Source: Camelus ferus
Taxonomy: Eukaryota
Reading direction: 5' to 3'
Length of the DNA: 64,000 bases
Assembly: GCF_009834535.1 (NCBI RefSeq)
Contig: NC_045697.1
Coordinates: 13,518,001-13,582,000, forward strand
Positions within the stretch are counted from its first letter, which is position 1, and each line of letters opens with the position of its first letter. The notes under the pieces are model-generated. The model had not been told where the DNA came from and did not search any database. It was given only the letters and a program-made list of their open reading frames with translations. The translations under genes and the position numbers were made by a program. This document shows, one piece after another, positions 23,111 to 35,320 of the stretch.

Positions 23111-23590
23111 TATTTTATTTTTTATTGATGTATTGTTGATTTACAATGTTGTTTCTAGTTTCTGGTGTATAGCAAAGTGATTCAGTTATATATACATATA
23201 TGCATAATTATATTAATACATATTTTTTTCATTATAGGTTATTACAAGATATTGAATGTAGTTCCCTGTGCTCAACAGTAGGACCTTGTTGTTTATTTTG
23301 TGTATATCCTAAACTCCTAATATACCCTTCTTCCCCTTTCTCCTTTAGTAACATAGGTTTGTTTTCTATGTCTGTGAGTTTAGTTCTGTTTTATAAATAA
23401 ATTCATTTATATCTTTTTATTAAGATTCCACATATAAGTGATATCAAATGATATTTGTCTTTCTTTGACTTGCTTCACTTAGTATGATAATCTCTAGGTC
23501 CATCCGTGGTGCAACAAATGGTATTATTTCATTTTTTATGCTGAGTAATATTCCATTGTGTGTGTATTATATATATAATACACACACATA
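23111..23590 (-). mobile_element. Cetartiodactyl-type L1 3' end
   Basis: ttttattgatgtattgttgatttacaatgttg..tttctggtgtatagcaaagtgattcagttata..ttattacaagatattgaatgtagttccctgtgct..cagtaggaccttgttg..gattccacatataagtgatatc. Confidence 0.9.
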
Positions 23591-23595
23591 CACTA

Positions 23596-23716
23596 TTTTT
23601 AAAAAATTTATTGAAGTATAGTTGACTTACAATGTTGTGTTAACTTCTGGTGTACAGTTTCTGATATATATACATATATATACACACACACATATATGTA
23701 TATATACTCTTTTTCA
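23596..23716 (-). mobile_element. Second short cetartiodactyl-type L1 3' tail
   Basis: aaatttattgaagtatagttgacttacaatgttgtgttaacttctggtgtacag followed by a TA/CA microsatellite. Confidence 0.8.
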
Positions 23717-26700
23717 GTTTCATCTTTGCCTTTCTTTTACATTTACTCTTCCAGCTGACACTTGAAATTTCTTGCAAAATTATCAAAAGGTGGGATTTTG
23801 ATTTAAATTGAATTAAATGCCTGCATTATTTGAGATAGGAAGACATCATTCCATTCCTGAGGATAACTCTTTAATTATTAAAATCTTGTTTTAAATATTG
23901 TAGTAACATTTTATAGATGTGTTAATATTAGGTCTAATGTAGATTTATATTACATAAGTATATTTATATTTTATAATTTTAGCTTAGATTTTTTGTTTGT
24001 TTTGTATTTTATTTTTTGGATTTGGTTTGTTTTCCCAGTATATGTTCAGATGTGCCATTGTAAATATGAACAAAATAATTTGAATTTGACTAATTTCGTT
24101 CTATCCAGTCACCTGATTGAATTTCCCTACTTTTGGGTTAAAATATAAGATGATAACAACAATTATGATAAGGATTATAGTAATAATGGCTAATATGGTT
24201 AATAGTCATTTTATTAATTAGTAACTGTAAAGTATCAGACATTTTGCTAATCGCTATACAGGGGTTATTAGATCAAATCCTCATAATACTTCTGAGAGAG
24301 AGAGAGACCAATATCTTTTCCCACAGATGACAAATTTAAGTTTACAAGGAGTAAGGAATTGCCCAAGGTATTCCAGGCAATATGTGTCCCAGAATCAGAA
24401 GAAAAGTCTGTTTCTGACTTCTAAGATCATACAACCAAACATGAGGCTGTTGTCTCTTCTTTAGCTGAATAATCTAAAACAGTGCTAAATGAAAGTGGTG
24501 TAGTGGTGACAATCAGCATTCTTGATTTAATCTTGAATTTAATAAAATTTATCAATACACTTATGAAGGCATTTGTTGCCAAACATAAATGAAATTCTTT
24601 TAGTTTTTTAAGGAAGTTTTGTTCTATTTCCATTTTATTTAGTATTTTAAAAATTGTAATAAGTGTAGAATATTATTAATTTATTTATCTACTAACGTAA
24701 TCGTAACTTTAGACACTGGAATATACTAGGTGGTTTCTCAAAGTTTATCACCTTGCGTTCTTGAAATAAACTATACCTGATTTATAGCATAGCTTCCTTT
24801 ATTTATAGTTCAAGCATTACTCTTCCATAGCTTAATTTTTCAGTGTCATTTTTATCACATTTTGGTATGAAGTTATGCAAGCTAGCAAAATATCCATATT
24901 GTCTATGTTCTGAAATAATTTCATAATGTACATAGTTTCCATTCTCAAAAGATTTGATAAAATTTACCTAAAAATTCACCTTTGCTCGTAGATTTTTAGG
25001 GTTAGAACTTATTTTTCATAATTTTCCTTTAAAAATGTATCTTTTCATGCTTCCTAACTAAATTTATTTTGGAAGTTTGTAGTATCATAAAATATTCTCT
25101 CTTCATTAAATTTTTTGCATTCCCTTTTATGAAATCTTATAATTGTTTATAATATTTATCTTATTGTAATTTTTATTATATTCTTTGGTTACTTTTAAAG
25201 TTGCAAATATTTTTTGCCTTTTTTTATAAGCATAATTATTTACTTAATTTGACCAGCTTTTAATTTTGTTAATTTTTTTCTTCTTGGTATTTTTTTTGTT
25301 CACAAAAGTTTCTATTTAAATTTTCCTATTAATCATTCTTTTTTACTGTTAAAATTTCTTAAGCTCAGTATTAACCCATTCTTTCATACTCTTTCTTTTT
25401 TATTAATGAAATAATTCAAAAGCTTTGATTTTTCTTTTGTGTATGGTTTTAGATGCATACAAAATGCTTTTATATGAAGTGGTCTAATTTTTGTTAATCT
25501 GTAAGTAATTTGCAATTATAGTTTTATTTTATATATATTTTATTCATTTAGATTACTTTTTATTATGGACAATATAAAAATGTGGTTTTTTTTTTTTTTT
25601 ACAAGACTCTATATTTTTTGGCTTTCAGCCAAATAATGTGGCCTCTGAATTTTCCACCTTTGTAAATTTATTTAAATTTATTTTATAAGTAGTTTTGTGC
25701 CATTTATTTATTTATTTACCTATTGATTCTTGGTCACAAGAGAAAAGTATGCATTTTCTAGGGTATAAAATCCCATGAGCAGGAGTTGAGTCACTTTTGT
25801 CAGTTTTGTAGTGTAATCTAGTTTATGCTTATGGTTTTAAAAACTACCTGATCTATCAAATTCTGGCTCTTAATAAGAGTTTTATTTTGTTAATTCTCTT
25901 TGCCTTGGTGTTAAGTATCAAATAGTTCGCAGATTGTTTATATTCTTCTTGGATTTATATTCTTCCCCCCTTTTTATGCAAAATATGACTATCTTGATTA
26001 AGACTTTAATATTTAAAGGTTACTTTATTTAATATTATCATTACCTCTGAAATTTTATTTTTATGTTTCCATTTGCCTAACATATCTTCTGTGTGTGTGT
26101 GTGCATATAAATATATTTTTTCTTTTACTTGCAAGTATTACGTGACATTTTATTTTAGCTGAGTCTGTTGTAAACTGTGTACAGCTAGATTTTTATCCTA
26201 ATTCAAGGGAGATCACTAATTTTAGTATAACATTTTCAGTTCTGGAACTTTTACCTATAATTTCATTCTAACCAGATCATGAAGCATAAGGAGCCTTTCC
26301 AGATACTCTATTAAAATTATTTTTATAGATATAATGTTTTCTTCACTATTTTTATATTTGGATTACTTTTGGCAAGCTTGCATCAAATGGATCGTTTAAA
26401 ACCCATAAAATGAGCAAAGGCAGAAGACGGATCGTTATGAAATTTTTTTTATGTCATCACAACCTATCTTCATAACAATATGTGTTTTCTAGTAGGGAAA
26501 ATAAAATGGTATAGTATTTAGATATTGTCTTACAAAGAACCACTTAATTATAATCACCTTCAAAAATGCATCAGAATTATAAATTTAAATTTATTTAAAA
26601 AAAAAAAGTGTTTCCACACAGAAATAAACGCTGCCCTATTTTCAGTCTTTCCCATCAGCTTTATTTCCTGGTAAGTTAATATGCCCTTTAAGAAAATTTT

Positions 26701-27029
26701 TATATTATCTAGCTTTGTCAATATCAGATTGGGAGAGGAAAACAAAATGATTTGAATGGGAGAGAAAAACTTGCCAATATGGCAGGAAAATAAAACCCTT
26801 AGGGGCTCAGAGTAACCCTTGGCAACATCTATTGCAACTCTGTAATTTTACTGATGTGGAAATTTAGTCTGTAAGAAGTTCAACAGCTTGCCTGAAGTTA
26901 TATTGTTTCGGTAAGATTTCTAAAGCCACAAGCCAAGAATTTCCTTCCAAGAGAGACAAACCTGGCATACAAAAAAAGATTCACAGATATGTAATCAGTT
27001 GGGCTGCTTTTACATCTTGATTGCACGCA

Positions 27030-27245
27030 TACTAACTGGAAGACAGACACACCTGGCTTCATATCACACCTCTTCATTTATTAGCAGTGAAAACTTGGTA
27101 AAGATACTTAACTTCTAAGCCCTAAGTTTCTTCTCTACAAATGAGAAGGATGTGTTCTGTTTCCAAGCACGAATATTGTTCTAAAGAGAAGATTTGGCTG
27201 GATAGCACTGTGTCCACCACGTAATTATTCCCCAACAAATATTCG
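27030..27245 (+). mobile_element. MIR SINE
   Basis: cagacacacctggcttcatatc..ttattagcagtgaaaacttggtaaagatacttaacttctaagccctaagtttcttctctacaaatgag. Confidence 0.7.
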
Positions 27246-29940
27246 CTTCCTTCCCCATTCCCCTTGATTAAATCGGCCCATACTGGTCTTCTAGGGCCCC
27301 AATACATTATAGGAACAATACTTTTGTGCCACTGTTGGAATCCGAGGGACCGCTAGTTGAGATAACTGAAATTCCACTATATGGACAGTATAATCTTGGA
27401 AAATGGACTGGCCGTGATAAAGTGAGCATAAGAAACTGAGGGGATTCCATTCTCTTTCTTAACTAATTTCTAAGAAATGTTCCGTTTTCCTTCTCCGGCA
27501 TATAGCTCAAACACAACTTTTCATTTTTTTCTTAACTCCCAGAAAAGCCTAGTGGTACCAGTGGGAACCATCACAAGGAATTAAATTGCTCTGTTTCCCA
27601 GGGTTAGAAAAAAATGGAGGGAAAAAGTATATAGAAAGGTCTATTTCATGTAATCCTGCTATAGCATGATTTTCAAACAATCATTTAATATCTCATTAGG
27701 ACAGCCTGGGAATAGATTTCTCTCCTTCTGACATGGTCTGAGCCTAACCCTCAGGTTAGACACCCATTGATTTTAGCTTCCATTGCTCTGTAAAACACAT
27801 CTGAGTCCTTAATTAATAATTCGCTATGTTGGAGACCAATTTGCTATTGCTTGAACATGCTTGATTGAAAGCACAGACATAATGCTCATAAAATGTTGGG
27901 AAAAAAAGTAATTGCAAGTGAGATTATAAATTACTCTTGGCTTCAGGCTTCCCTCGAGCTATGGAAAGCAAAAAGCAATTATTTATCTTTGGAGATGGAA
28001 TTAGCCTTTTTTTTTTATTGTTGTTATCTGATCAATGCTTATTCTTTCCAGTCTGATTCTCTAGTTGGTTAGGAAATTTAGAAGGAGACCCTACTTTCCT
28101 CATGTTCTCAATCTGTTTCACAGTTCAACCTTTTCTTTCTTGTTTGACGTTATTCTAAAAATGACTATTGTTTAAGGTCCTTGGGCTGGCACGTATCCAG
28201 CAAAACAGTTGTATACCTGTCATTAGTGACAGTGTTTTAAGTCTCTATCACAGGTGAAAATTGATTTTATTAATGCTCCTATTTCATTAAATGGCTGATG
28301 AATAGGAAGCATCCGCTGTAAATATTTTAAAATACATCCTGAAAACTGAGCCGCTCTAGAAGCGACTGCCTTGGCTCACACGCAGTTGACAATGTGTATT
28401 TTTTGTGTTTTGCAATGATGTCTGAGGTTTTACTTCAGTGGCACAGATACGCGTTTGTTTTGTAGAAGCTGTTCGGTTTTCCATAGTTCACTTGGCTATT
28501 GGTAGCACAGATACAATAGTGCTAATTTGAAACAACTGAAAGTATTTCACTTCAAACACAAAATTAGGTTGTATTCATCTGCCATAATTCACATAGCTGA
28601 GCAAATCAGGATCCTCTATTCTGATTCCACGCAGCAGTCCGACTCTCTAAGCACAGAAGGAGGAACAAAAGATGCCTCTTCTTGCCCTCTTTATGTATTC
28701 CTCTGTCCTTCCGGGCCATCTGCACCCCAGAAGCTGAGCTTTAGTCAAAGATTGCCTCTGAAGAACCGTGTGACCCAACATGAGTCCATTAAGTTCCCTG
28801 GGCTTCAGCGCCTCACTTTAAAAGGAAGCAGTTGAACCGGCCCTAACGGAGGGTGACCCCTCTGATGCTCCGTGAGCCCCTCTCCTCGGACTAGTCACCC
28901 TGTCTCCTAATGAAGGAGGCTCTTCTCTGTCTCCTTCGCTAGACGGAATATCGTGGGACAACAGGGACACTCTGCCAGGTATTACTTTATCCTCTGTACA
29001 ACCAGCACACTTCCCATCTCTGCCAGCCCCATCATTTTCCTGTCCGAGGGCCCCTCATTGAGACAGACTGAAATATAAGGGACACACAAAAAAATGCTTA
29101 TGATGTGATGGCTTTTGATGATTTCTTCCTTCCACGAAGATTCCCTGCCCTTGAGGTGTCACTCCGCGGTAGACAACTCGGCTTCAGGAAGCCAGGAGGG
29201 GGCCCGAGGGCAGTACATAGGGCAAAGTACAGAGGGGGTTCCGTTTTTAGCTTGTTTATTTTGTGTATTCATGTTACAAATACCTTCACTGCTCTCCCCA
29301 CTCTTTTCCTGCTTGTGACCACATGCCCCAAAAGACAGTGGCCCGTCCGCCTGTGACCCGCTAGTTCAGAACCACGTATTTTTTTTCCCAAGGGAAAGTT
29401 AGGAAGAGATAATATTCCTTCCTTTCTCATATAAGTCACTGAGGACAGCCTTTCTGGTTAACAGCAGGCCTCTCTTCACCTGCAGGCCAGTCTCCATTCC
29501 TCAGTTTGCTATTTTCAGTCTAGTAAGGATTTCGCCATTTCATTAATTTAAGGGGTACATATTAAAAGCACAGCACTGCCAAACTCCCCAGGTCTCTTCC
29601 TCGGGTTTCAAAAGGGGTCTGCAATGTCCCAGTTGTCCTCTTCTTCCAGTCTCTGCTGGCCACAGGGGCTGTCCCCACTGTCCTGGTAAGAGCTAGATGT
29701 TGCCTCTTAAGGGAGCAGAGGGCACGCAGGGCCCCGCGAGCCTCCATGTGGGCGAAGCCACTGTGGACGCATAATACTAATGACCCCTCAAACTGAGCTT
29801 CCACCCCACTCGTGCTCCCTAGCTAGACCCCATCAGCCCCTCCTCACTGGGGCTTAATCCTCTGCAACCTACCACGGGGGACCCCAGGAAAAGGCCTCCC
29901 TGCAGGTAGACAAGTCCCACCAGGAAACCTTATTACTATT

Positions 29941-30200
29941 ATTTTTTTAATTGACATATAGTCAGCTTATGATGTTGTATTAACTTCTGATGTACAGAGT
30001 AGTGATTCAGTTATACATATATATGTACATATATATATTCCTTTTCATAGTCTTTTTCATTATAGGCCATTCCAAGATATTAACTATAGTTCCCTGTGCT
30101 ACACAGTAGGACCTTGTTGTTTATCTATTTTATATATAGTAGTATTTATATATGGTAGAACTCCCAATTTATCATCCACCTCTCCCCTCCCTTCCCCTTT
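29941..30200 (-). mobile_element. Cetartiodactyl/camelid L1 3' end
   Basis: ttaattgacatatagtcagcttatgatgttgtattaacttctgatgtacag..gtgattcagttatacat..atagttccctgtgctacacagtaggaccttgttgtttatctattttatatatag. Confidence 0.88.
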
Positions 30201-30214
30201 TATTCTTAATGCTT

Positions 30215-30670
30215 GTCAGAACCCTGGCAGGAAACAGAATCTACTCCAAGTGGCTCAAACAGACTTGAAAGAGGTGAAGTCAGAGTTTAGGAAACAGGAT
30301 GGAGAGGCACCCAAAACCAGCAAAAGGTGGAAGCTTGTTAGCACCACTGAGGCTTAAGGAACAGACCCTTAGAGAGAGTGTCCCCAGTGGTAGCTCTAAC
30401 TGTAGAAAAACAGGTCTACTTTCAGAGAAGTGGGACTAAAGCAGGAAGAAGCTTGGAAAGACTAAAGAAATACTCTGACCTCTCTCTCCTCTTGCCCTCC
30501 AGTCTCCTGCTGGTGCTTTCCATTGGTGAAACCCAGCGAGAAGCCAGAGAGTGTTGCAGTCCGTGAGGGTCATCTCCCCACCCCACTGGCACCCGCACTG
30601 GCACACAGCAGCCAGAGGAAGGAGTAGAATGGCTCTAACTGGGGAAAATAATGGCTAATCAGAACATTGC
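30215..30670. mobile_element. ERVL LTR33-like element
   Basis: tgtcagaaccctggcaggaaacagaat..ggatggagaggcaccc..ccagcaaaaggtggaagc..tctgacctctctctcctc..ccagtctcctgctggtgctttccattgg..aagccagag. Confidence 0.65.
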
Positions 30671-31117
30671 TGGACAAGGAATAATACATTTCCCCCCGGA
30701 GGGAATGGATAAGGGAAGGAGAAAGACTGGACCTGGGGGACAGATGTTCACATGGATTTTTGTTCTTGTCCATTTGCAAAAACAAGGATGTCAGGCAACC
30801 GTGACTTGTAGGTAAGAGCTGATATCTCCTGTTCTTCAATTTTCTCCAGTCAACCTAACTCATACAGCTAATCAAGCCGTTTACTAGGACCTTCCCCCAT
30901 CCTGGCTGTTCTGGACATCTTTCTTCTGTGTCCCTGGCCCAGGCCCTTGAACTGCTCAACCCATCCTCATGCCATTCCTTCTTCTTACACCATTTCAAGT
31001 ATCCCTGACTGCTAAGTGTCACCAAGACCTTTACCCTTTCTTTCTGGCTCAGGTAAGTCTGCTTCCTCCATAACTGTTTTCTTCAAGCTGACCTCAAATT
31101 TCACTGCTTCCATCACT

Positions 31118-31350
31118 AAGCAGTATACTGTAGTGGTAAAGAGAACAGATCATGGAGTCAGTGTAGATGCTGTCTATAAATGCACCTGTAGGTCTACAGT
31201 CATGTAATCCTTTGGAGACATTTATCTTAGTCAACCTCTTAAGGCTGTTGTATGGATTAAATGAGGTAGATAATTATGAGACAATGTATTCAATTCTTAG
31301 CATGGGACCTGGCACAGAGTAAACTCTCAGTAACTTGTAGCTTATTGTCA
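31118..31350 (+). mobile_element. MIR SINE
   Basis: aagcagtatactgtagtggtaaagagaacaga..tggagtcag..ggctgttgtatggattaaatgag..acctggcacagagtaaactctcagtaa. Confidence 0.75.
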
Positions 31351-31494
31351 CTCACTAAACTTTGCATGTGGTGTGCCTTTTCTCCTCCAGCTAAACCTTC
31401 TTTCCATTATCAAGTCAGCATTTGAGAAGTGAATACAGGATTGGAGGGTTCACTGCATTAACTGTGGGTGGGTCGAAATGCTCTGCTAATTTTT

Positions 31495-31830
31495 TAGATA
31501 TTATTATTTTTATTGAATACATTTGGCATATAAGATTGTGTAAGTTTAAGGTATACAATGTATCACTTTGATACATGTATGCATTGTAATACGATTGCCC
31601 TTGTAGGGACATTTGTCACATTGAGTTATTATAGTACAATATTATTGCCCGTGTTCAGCATACCTCGCATTAGATCTCTACGGCTCATTTACTATTTGTC
31701 ACAAGTTTGTTCCCTTAAACACCATGAATCTTATCCTTCCCCCCTACCCCTGAAAACCACCGTTTTACTCTGTCTTTTACAAGCTTGGCTTTTTTAAGTC
31801 CCACAGATAAGTGATAGCATGCAGTTCCTT
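31495..31830 (-). mobile_element. L1MA-like 3' fragment
   Basis: tttattgaatacatttggcatataagattgtgtaagtttaaggtatacaatg..cattagatctcta..tcccacagataagtgatagcatgcag. Confidence 0.8.
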
Positions 31831-34609
31831 TTTTATAGGGAGAGATGGGAGCACCAGGGGCACTAGGCTAGTGTTTTGTATCCTTACATAGGAAACCAGC
31901 TTAAAGTTTAAACCAAACTCACTTTTCCTGCTTCTCCATTAACCTTTGACAAATTGCAAACCTCAAAGTTTCTATGGGCATGAATGTGGCCGGCCAGGCC
32001 ATTACCCAAGCCTGTTAAAATATGGCCTGTGAGGCAGTTTCCTGTGTGCACTCACCCCCACCAGAAATTCTTTTGATAGAATTTATCATGCATTATTTAT
32101 GTTACGCTGAACCTCTAATGCAAATTTATGGAATGTAATAGAAACATTCTGTACATCGCCGTGTTCCCGTATCATTCTGTGTCTGCCACGAGAGACTTAC
32201 AAAATGACTTGTGTGGACTAATCCTATAGACGCTATTATAGCCCAGCTGTAATTCCTGGGAACATTTCAATTCTTGGTTTTTCTTTCCTTGTGCAGATTT
32301 TATTTCTTCTTTCACTGCCCAAAGTATTTATTGACCATCTGATCACAGCACACTTATCAGACCACGTCTCCCTCGAAGCAGTGGAAGTATGGTGCATTAC
32401 TAGCTCCTTTTATTTCACAAAGGCTATTTTTGGGGAGTAGGGCAGTTTCAAGGATTTTTGCCTCTGTGCTATATAGATCTATAAATTTCCTTGAAAATAT
32501 ATGTGAGTTGAGAATCTTTTCATTGTAACCACCGTAACCATGTGTCATAGGGTAAGAGTTAGGGGAAAATGTGACTAAAAGCATAACCAACACAATTGTC
32601 TTCATGTTTGGATTTACCAATTTCAAGATCCTTCCCTCTAGTTTAAGATTCATCTCAATCTATAAATTTGTGATTAAGAAAAGGGTTTAAGCAAGAGATA
32701 ATCTAAGCAACACTTTATCAATTATTTTTTTTTCTGCATAATATTTTACCAGTTGACCACCAGCCTGGCCTTTATTAAGACCAATAAATGGCATAGCATT
32801 TGTCAGAAATAAGGGGTACTTTATACATTAAGGACGTAGGTAGGAAGAAGTCAAAGAGACCCGTGAGGAGCAATTTGTTGGTCCTACACCAAGGTAGAAG
32901 TCATTTTGTATAATTAGGCAATAAGTTCTATCTGCATAGAGCTTATCAATTATTAATGACCCTATTCAACATTTAATTTCTTTGTGGCAGCCAAGTAGGT
33001 CTTCTTTGTCACATGATTTTGTTGGCTTTAAAATTAAATGCATTTCTCCTACTGAGGACACACAAGAGAAGTTAGGAAGTTAATATGTTTTCTAAAGTCT
33101 ATATGAAGAAACCATATGTTTTGGACAAAAGTGAGGAAAGGGAATCTTACAGAGTAACCATCTGTAGACCCAGTTGGAAAGACCCTTCACAATAACAATC
33201 CATAGTGCATGAAAGATAAAGTTCTGATTTTTGTTGGGTTTTTTTTTCCTTGTCCCACACATTTCAGGGATTTCTTTCTTCTCTCCACCTTTCGTTTTGT
33301 TTTTGAATGTAAACTTCACTGTTCTCTGTTTGCTTCTTCAAGCCTTCTTAACTGTTGCTGGTCATGACGGTAAATTGTAATGTTAGGGAAATTACCAAGG
33401 TGACTCCCACCTCTCTCAGGCTTATTTCTGGTGCATGGGTAGCCTTCTGTCATTTATCTTGTGTCCTGTGCCTGCTCATGTCTGCTTTGGAAATACATTT
33501 AAAAAAAAAAGATGATGTCCATTTATTCTAATAATACATATAATAAATTACACCACAATTTCTCATGAGTGCCTACCAACCAGCCCTATGTGACAGATGT
33601 AGAAAAAGTTATCACTACCATTTTCAAATAAGGAAACTGGGATCATTTTTTCAAAGCTAGATTGCCTTTCTCTCTCTCTCCTATCTCTCTCTGGATAAAA
33701 CTGCTGAGCTCTTGATATAATCCTGACCTTAAGTCATTAAACATTAAAATATCAACTCGAGACTCGAAGACCAAACAACTTTTGTTGCCTAGTGTTGAAA
33801 CTATGCTAGCAAAGTGACTGGGGAAAACGTCACTTTCTAGGTTTAAGAATTCTTCCAACTTCCTCTTTCTCTATTCAAAAAGCTGTCTCCAACCTAATTC
33901 ATCAGAATATAATGATGAAAACTCACATGCAGAACAGGCTGAATTTTATCCAGAATGCTTTTTTCTAGGTTTTAAAAAAATCTTTGAAGTGACCTGTCAG
34001 TCTAACTCATTTCAACATGCATTTATCAGACATATATTAAATGCTGTGTCTTGTATTAATTACCAAGGATAGTATAGGTGATTAAATTATGGCCCTGTCC
34101 TAAAAGATATCATGTGATGATAGAGAGTGACTGACATTGGAGCTGGACTGTGAAGACTGAAGAGGACTTCACTGATGAAAGCTGGGAATATAGTGCTTTT
34201 GAGAAGAAGGACATAAAGGAAAAGCCTTGTGCGAAACTATCAGCAGAAAACTGATAGTTTCAAGGAACTGAATCAACTAATTCAGTATAGCAGAAATGTA
34301 AAGTCTAGAACAGAACAGAAAGGACCAGGGTTCACACTGTGCTTGGCGTTACCAATAGTGATGTGACCATTTATGGGACACATGGTGAATGGGCTTAATT
34401 AGGTGGAAGGGTAGTGGGAAGACGGAAGACTAACGACAGTAAAACTAGACTAGATACTAATATGCTGAAGGGGGGGGCAATCTTCATGCCTTGTTTTTCA
34501 TAATGGCAATGCGTTATTCCCTTTCCTTTGTCAGCTCAAACCTGTCTTTGTCAACCAGTTTATCCCAAGGTGGGCTACTCATCTTCTGTGATTCCACAGA
34601 ATGTTTTAA

Positions 34610-34945
34610 TGATCAATGTTCAATAGCTCGTCCTGCATGACAATCAACAACAAATCTTTGTTACTCATATTCCACATTTGGCAGATCATCTCAGACTCTC
34701 CGCTTCAAGCTGGCAGTTGAGTTGGGGTCTGTTCTGCACGTCTTCATTCTGGGGTCCCGGCTTTTACCTGAAACAGACACATTCTCATGGCAGAGGGAAG
34801 AGTGAGAGACACCGAGTTTCTGTTCAGACATGACACGTGACAGATCATCTCATGTTGCATCAGATACAATAAGGGCACCTAACCCAACAGTAAGGAGAGG
34901 GTATAAAATCATCTTATGGAGAAGGGGAGAGTACCCCCATTTACT
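34610..34945 (-). mobile_element. Degenerate MLT1K/L-like LTR
   Basis: ttcaagctggcagttgagttggggtctgttctgcacgtcttcattctggggtccc..attctcatggcagagggaagag..tctgttcagacatgacac. Confidence 0.5.
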
Positions 34946-34949
34946 TAAT

Positions 34950-35320
34950 AGCTACCATTTACTGAACCTGTATGTGCCTACTGTCACTGTGCAGTATGAT
35001 TTACTTATTTTATACTTAACAATCGTGAGAATTCTTTGAAATTATGTAATATCATTTTACAGATGAAAAAACTGAGGGTCTCGAAAAGCCCAAGACTGCC
35101 ATAGCTAATGAATAAGAAATGTACTGATTTGCTTATTCATTCACTCTTTCATTGCTGTGTGCTATGAGCTATTCCAGGTCCCAGAGATACCACGGTGAAA
35201 AACACAGACATATTCCCATGGAGCTTCTACATTAGCAGAAATTTGTACAGAAATTAATTTTGTTAAAAATCAGATTGTTACAGTTACTATGCAGAGAATT
35301 AAACAAGGTAGTATTCTAGA
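34950..35320 (-). mobile_element. Adjacent MIR and L2 fragments
   Basis: taatagctaccatttactgaacctgtatgtgcc..cattttacagatgaaaaaactgagg (MIR), then ttattcattcactc..ccagagataccacggtgaaaaacacagac..catggagcttc (L2 3' end). Confidence 0.7.

Larger units (their letters stand above)
22520..26400 (-). mobile_element. Long, highly degenerate T-rich old L1 (L1ME-like) remnant, host to younger L1 and MIR insertions
   Basis: Very T-rich with recognisable antisense ORF2 motifs (cagcattt..tattgaata, gggattttgatt..aattgaattaaat, gctaaatgaaagtggtg..agcattcttg); MIR at ~24170-24430. Confidence 0.55.

Noticed and set aside
31045..31060. Consensus splice donor CAG|GTAAGT (similar isolated donors near 9331 and 62170)
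   Set aside because: No convincing paired upstream acceptor; the 9331 and 31045 sites lie in or beside repeat relics, and such matches are expected by chance in 64 kb.
31846..31866. Possible CTCF site gcaccaggggcacta
   Set aside because: It has only four G after CCA, one short of the spacing needed for the CTCF core motif.
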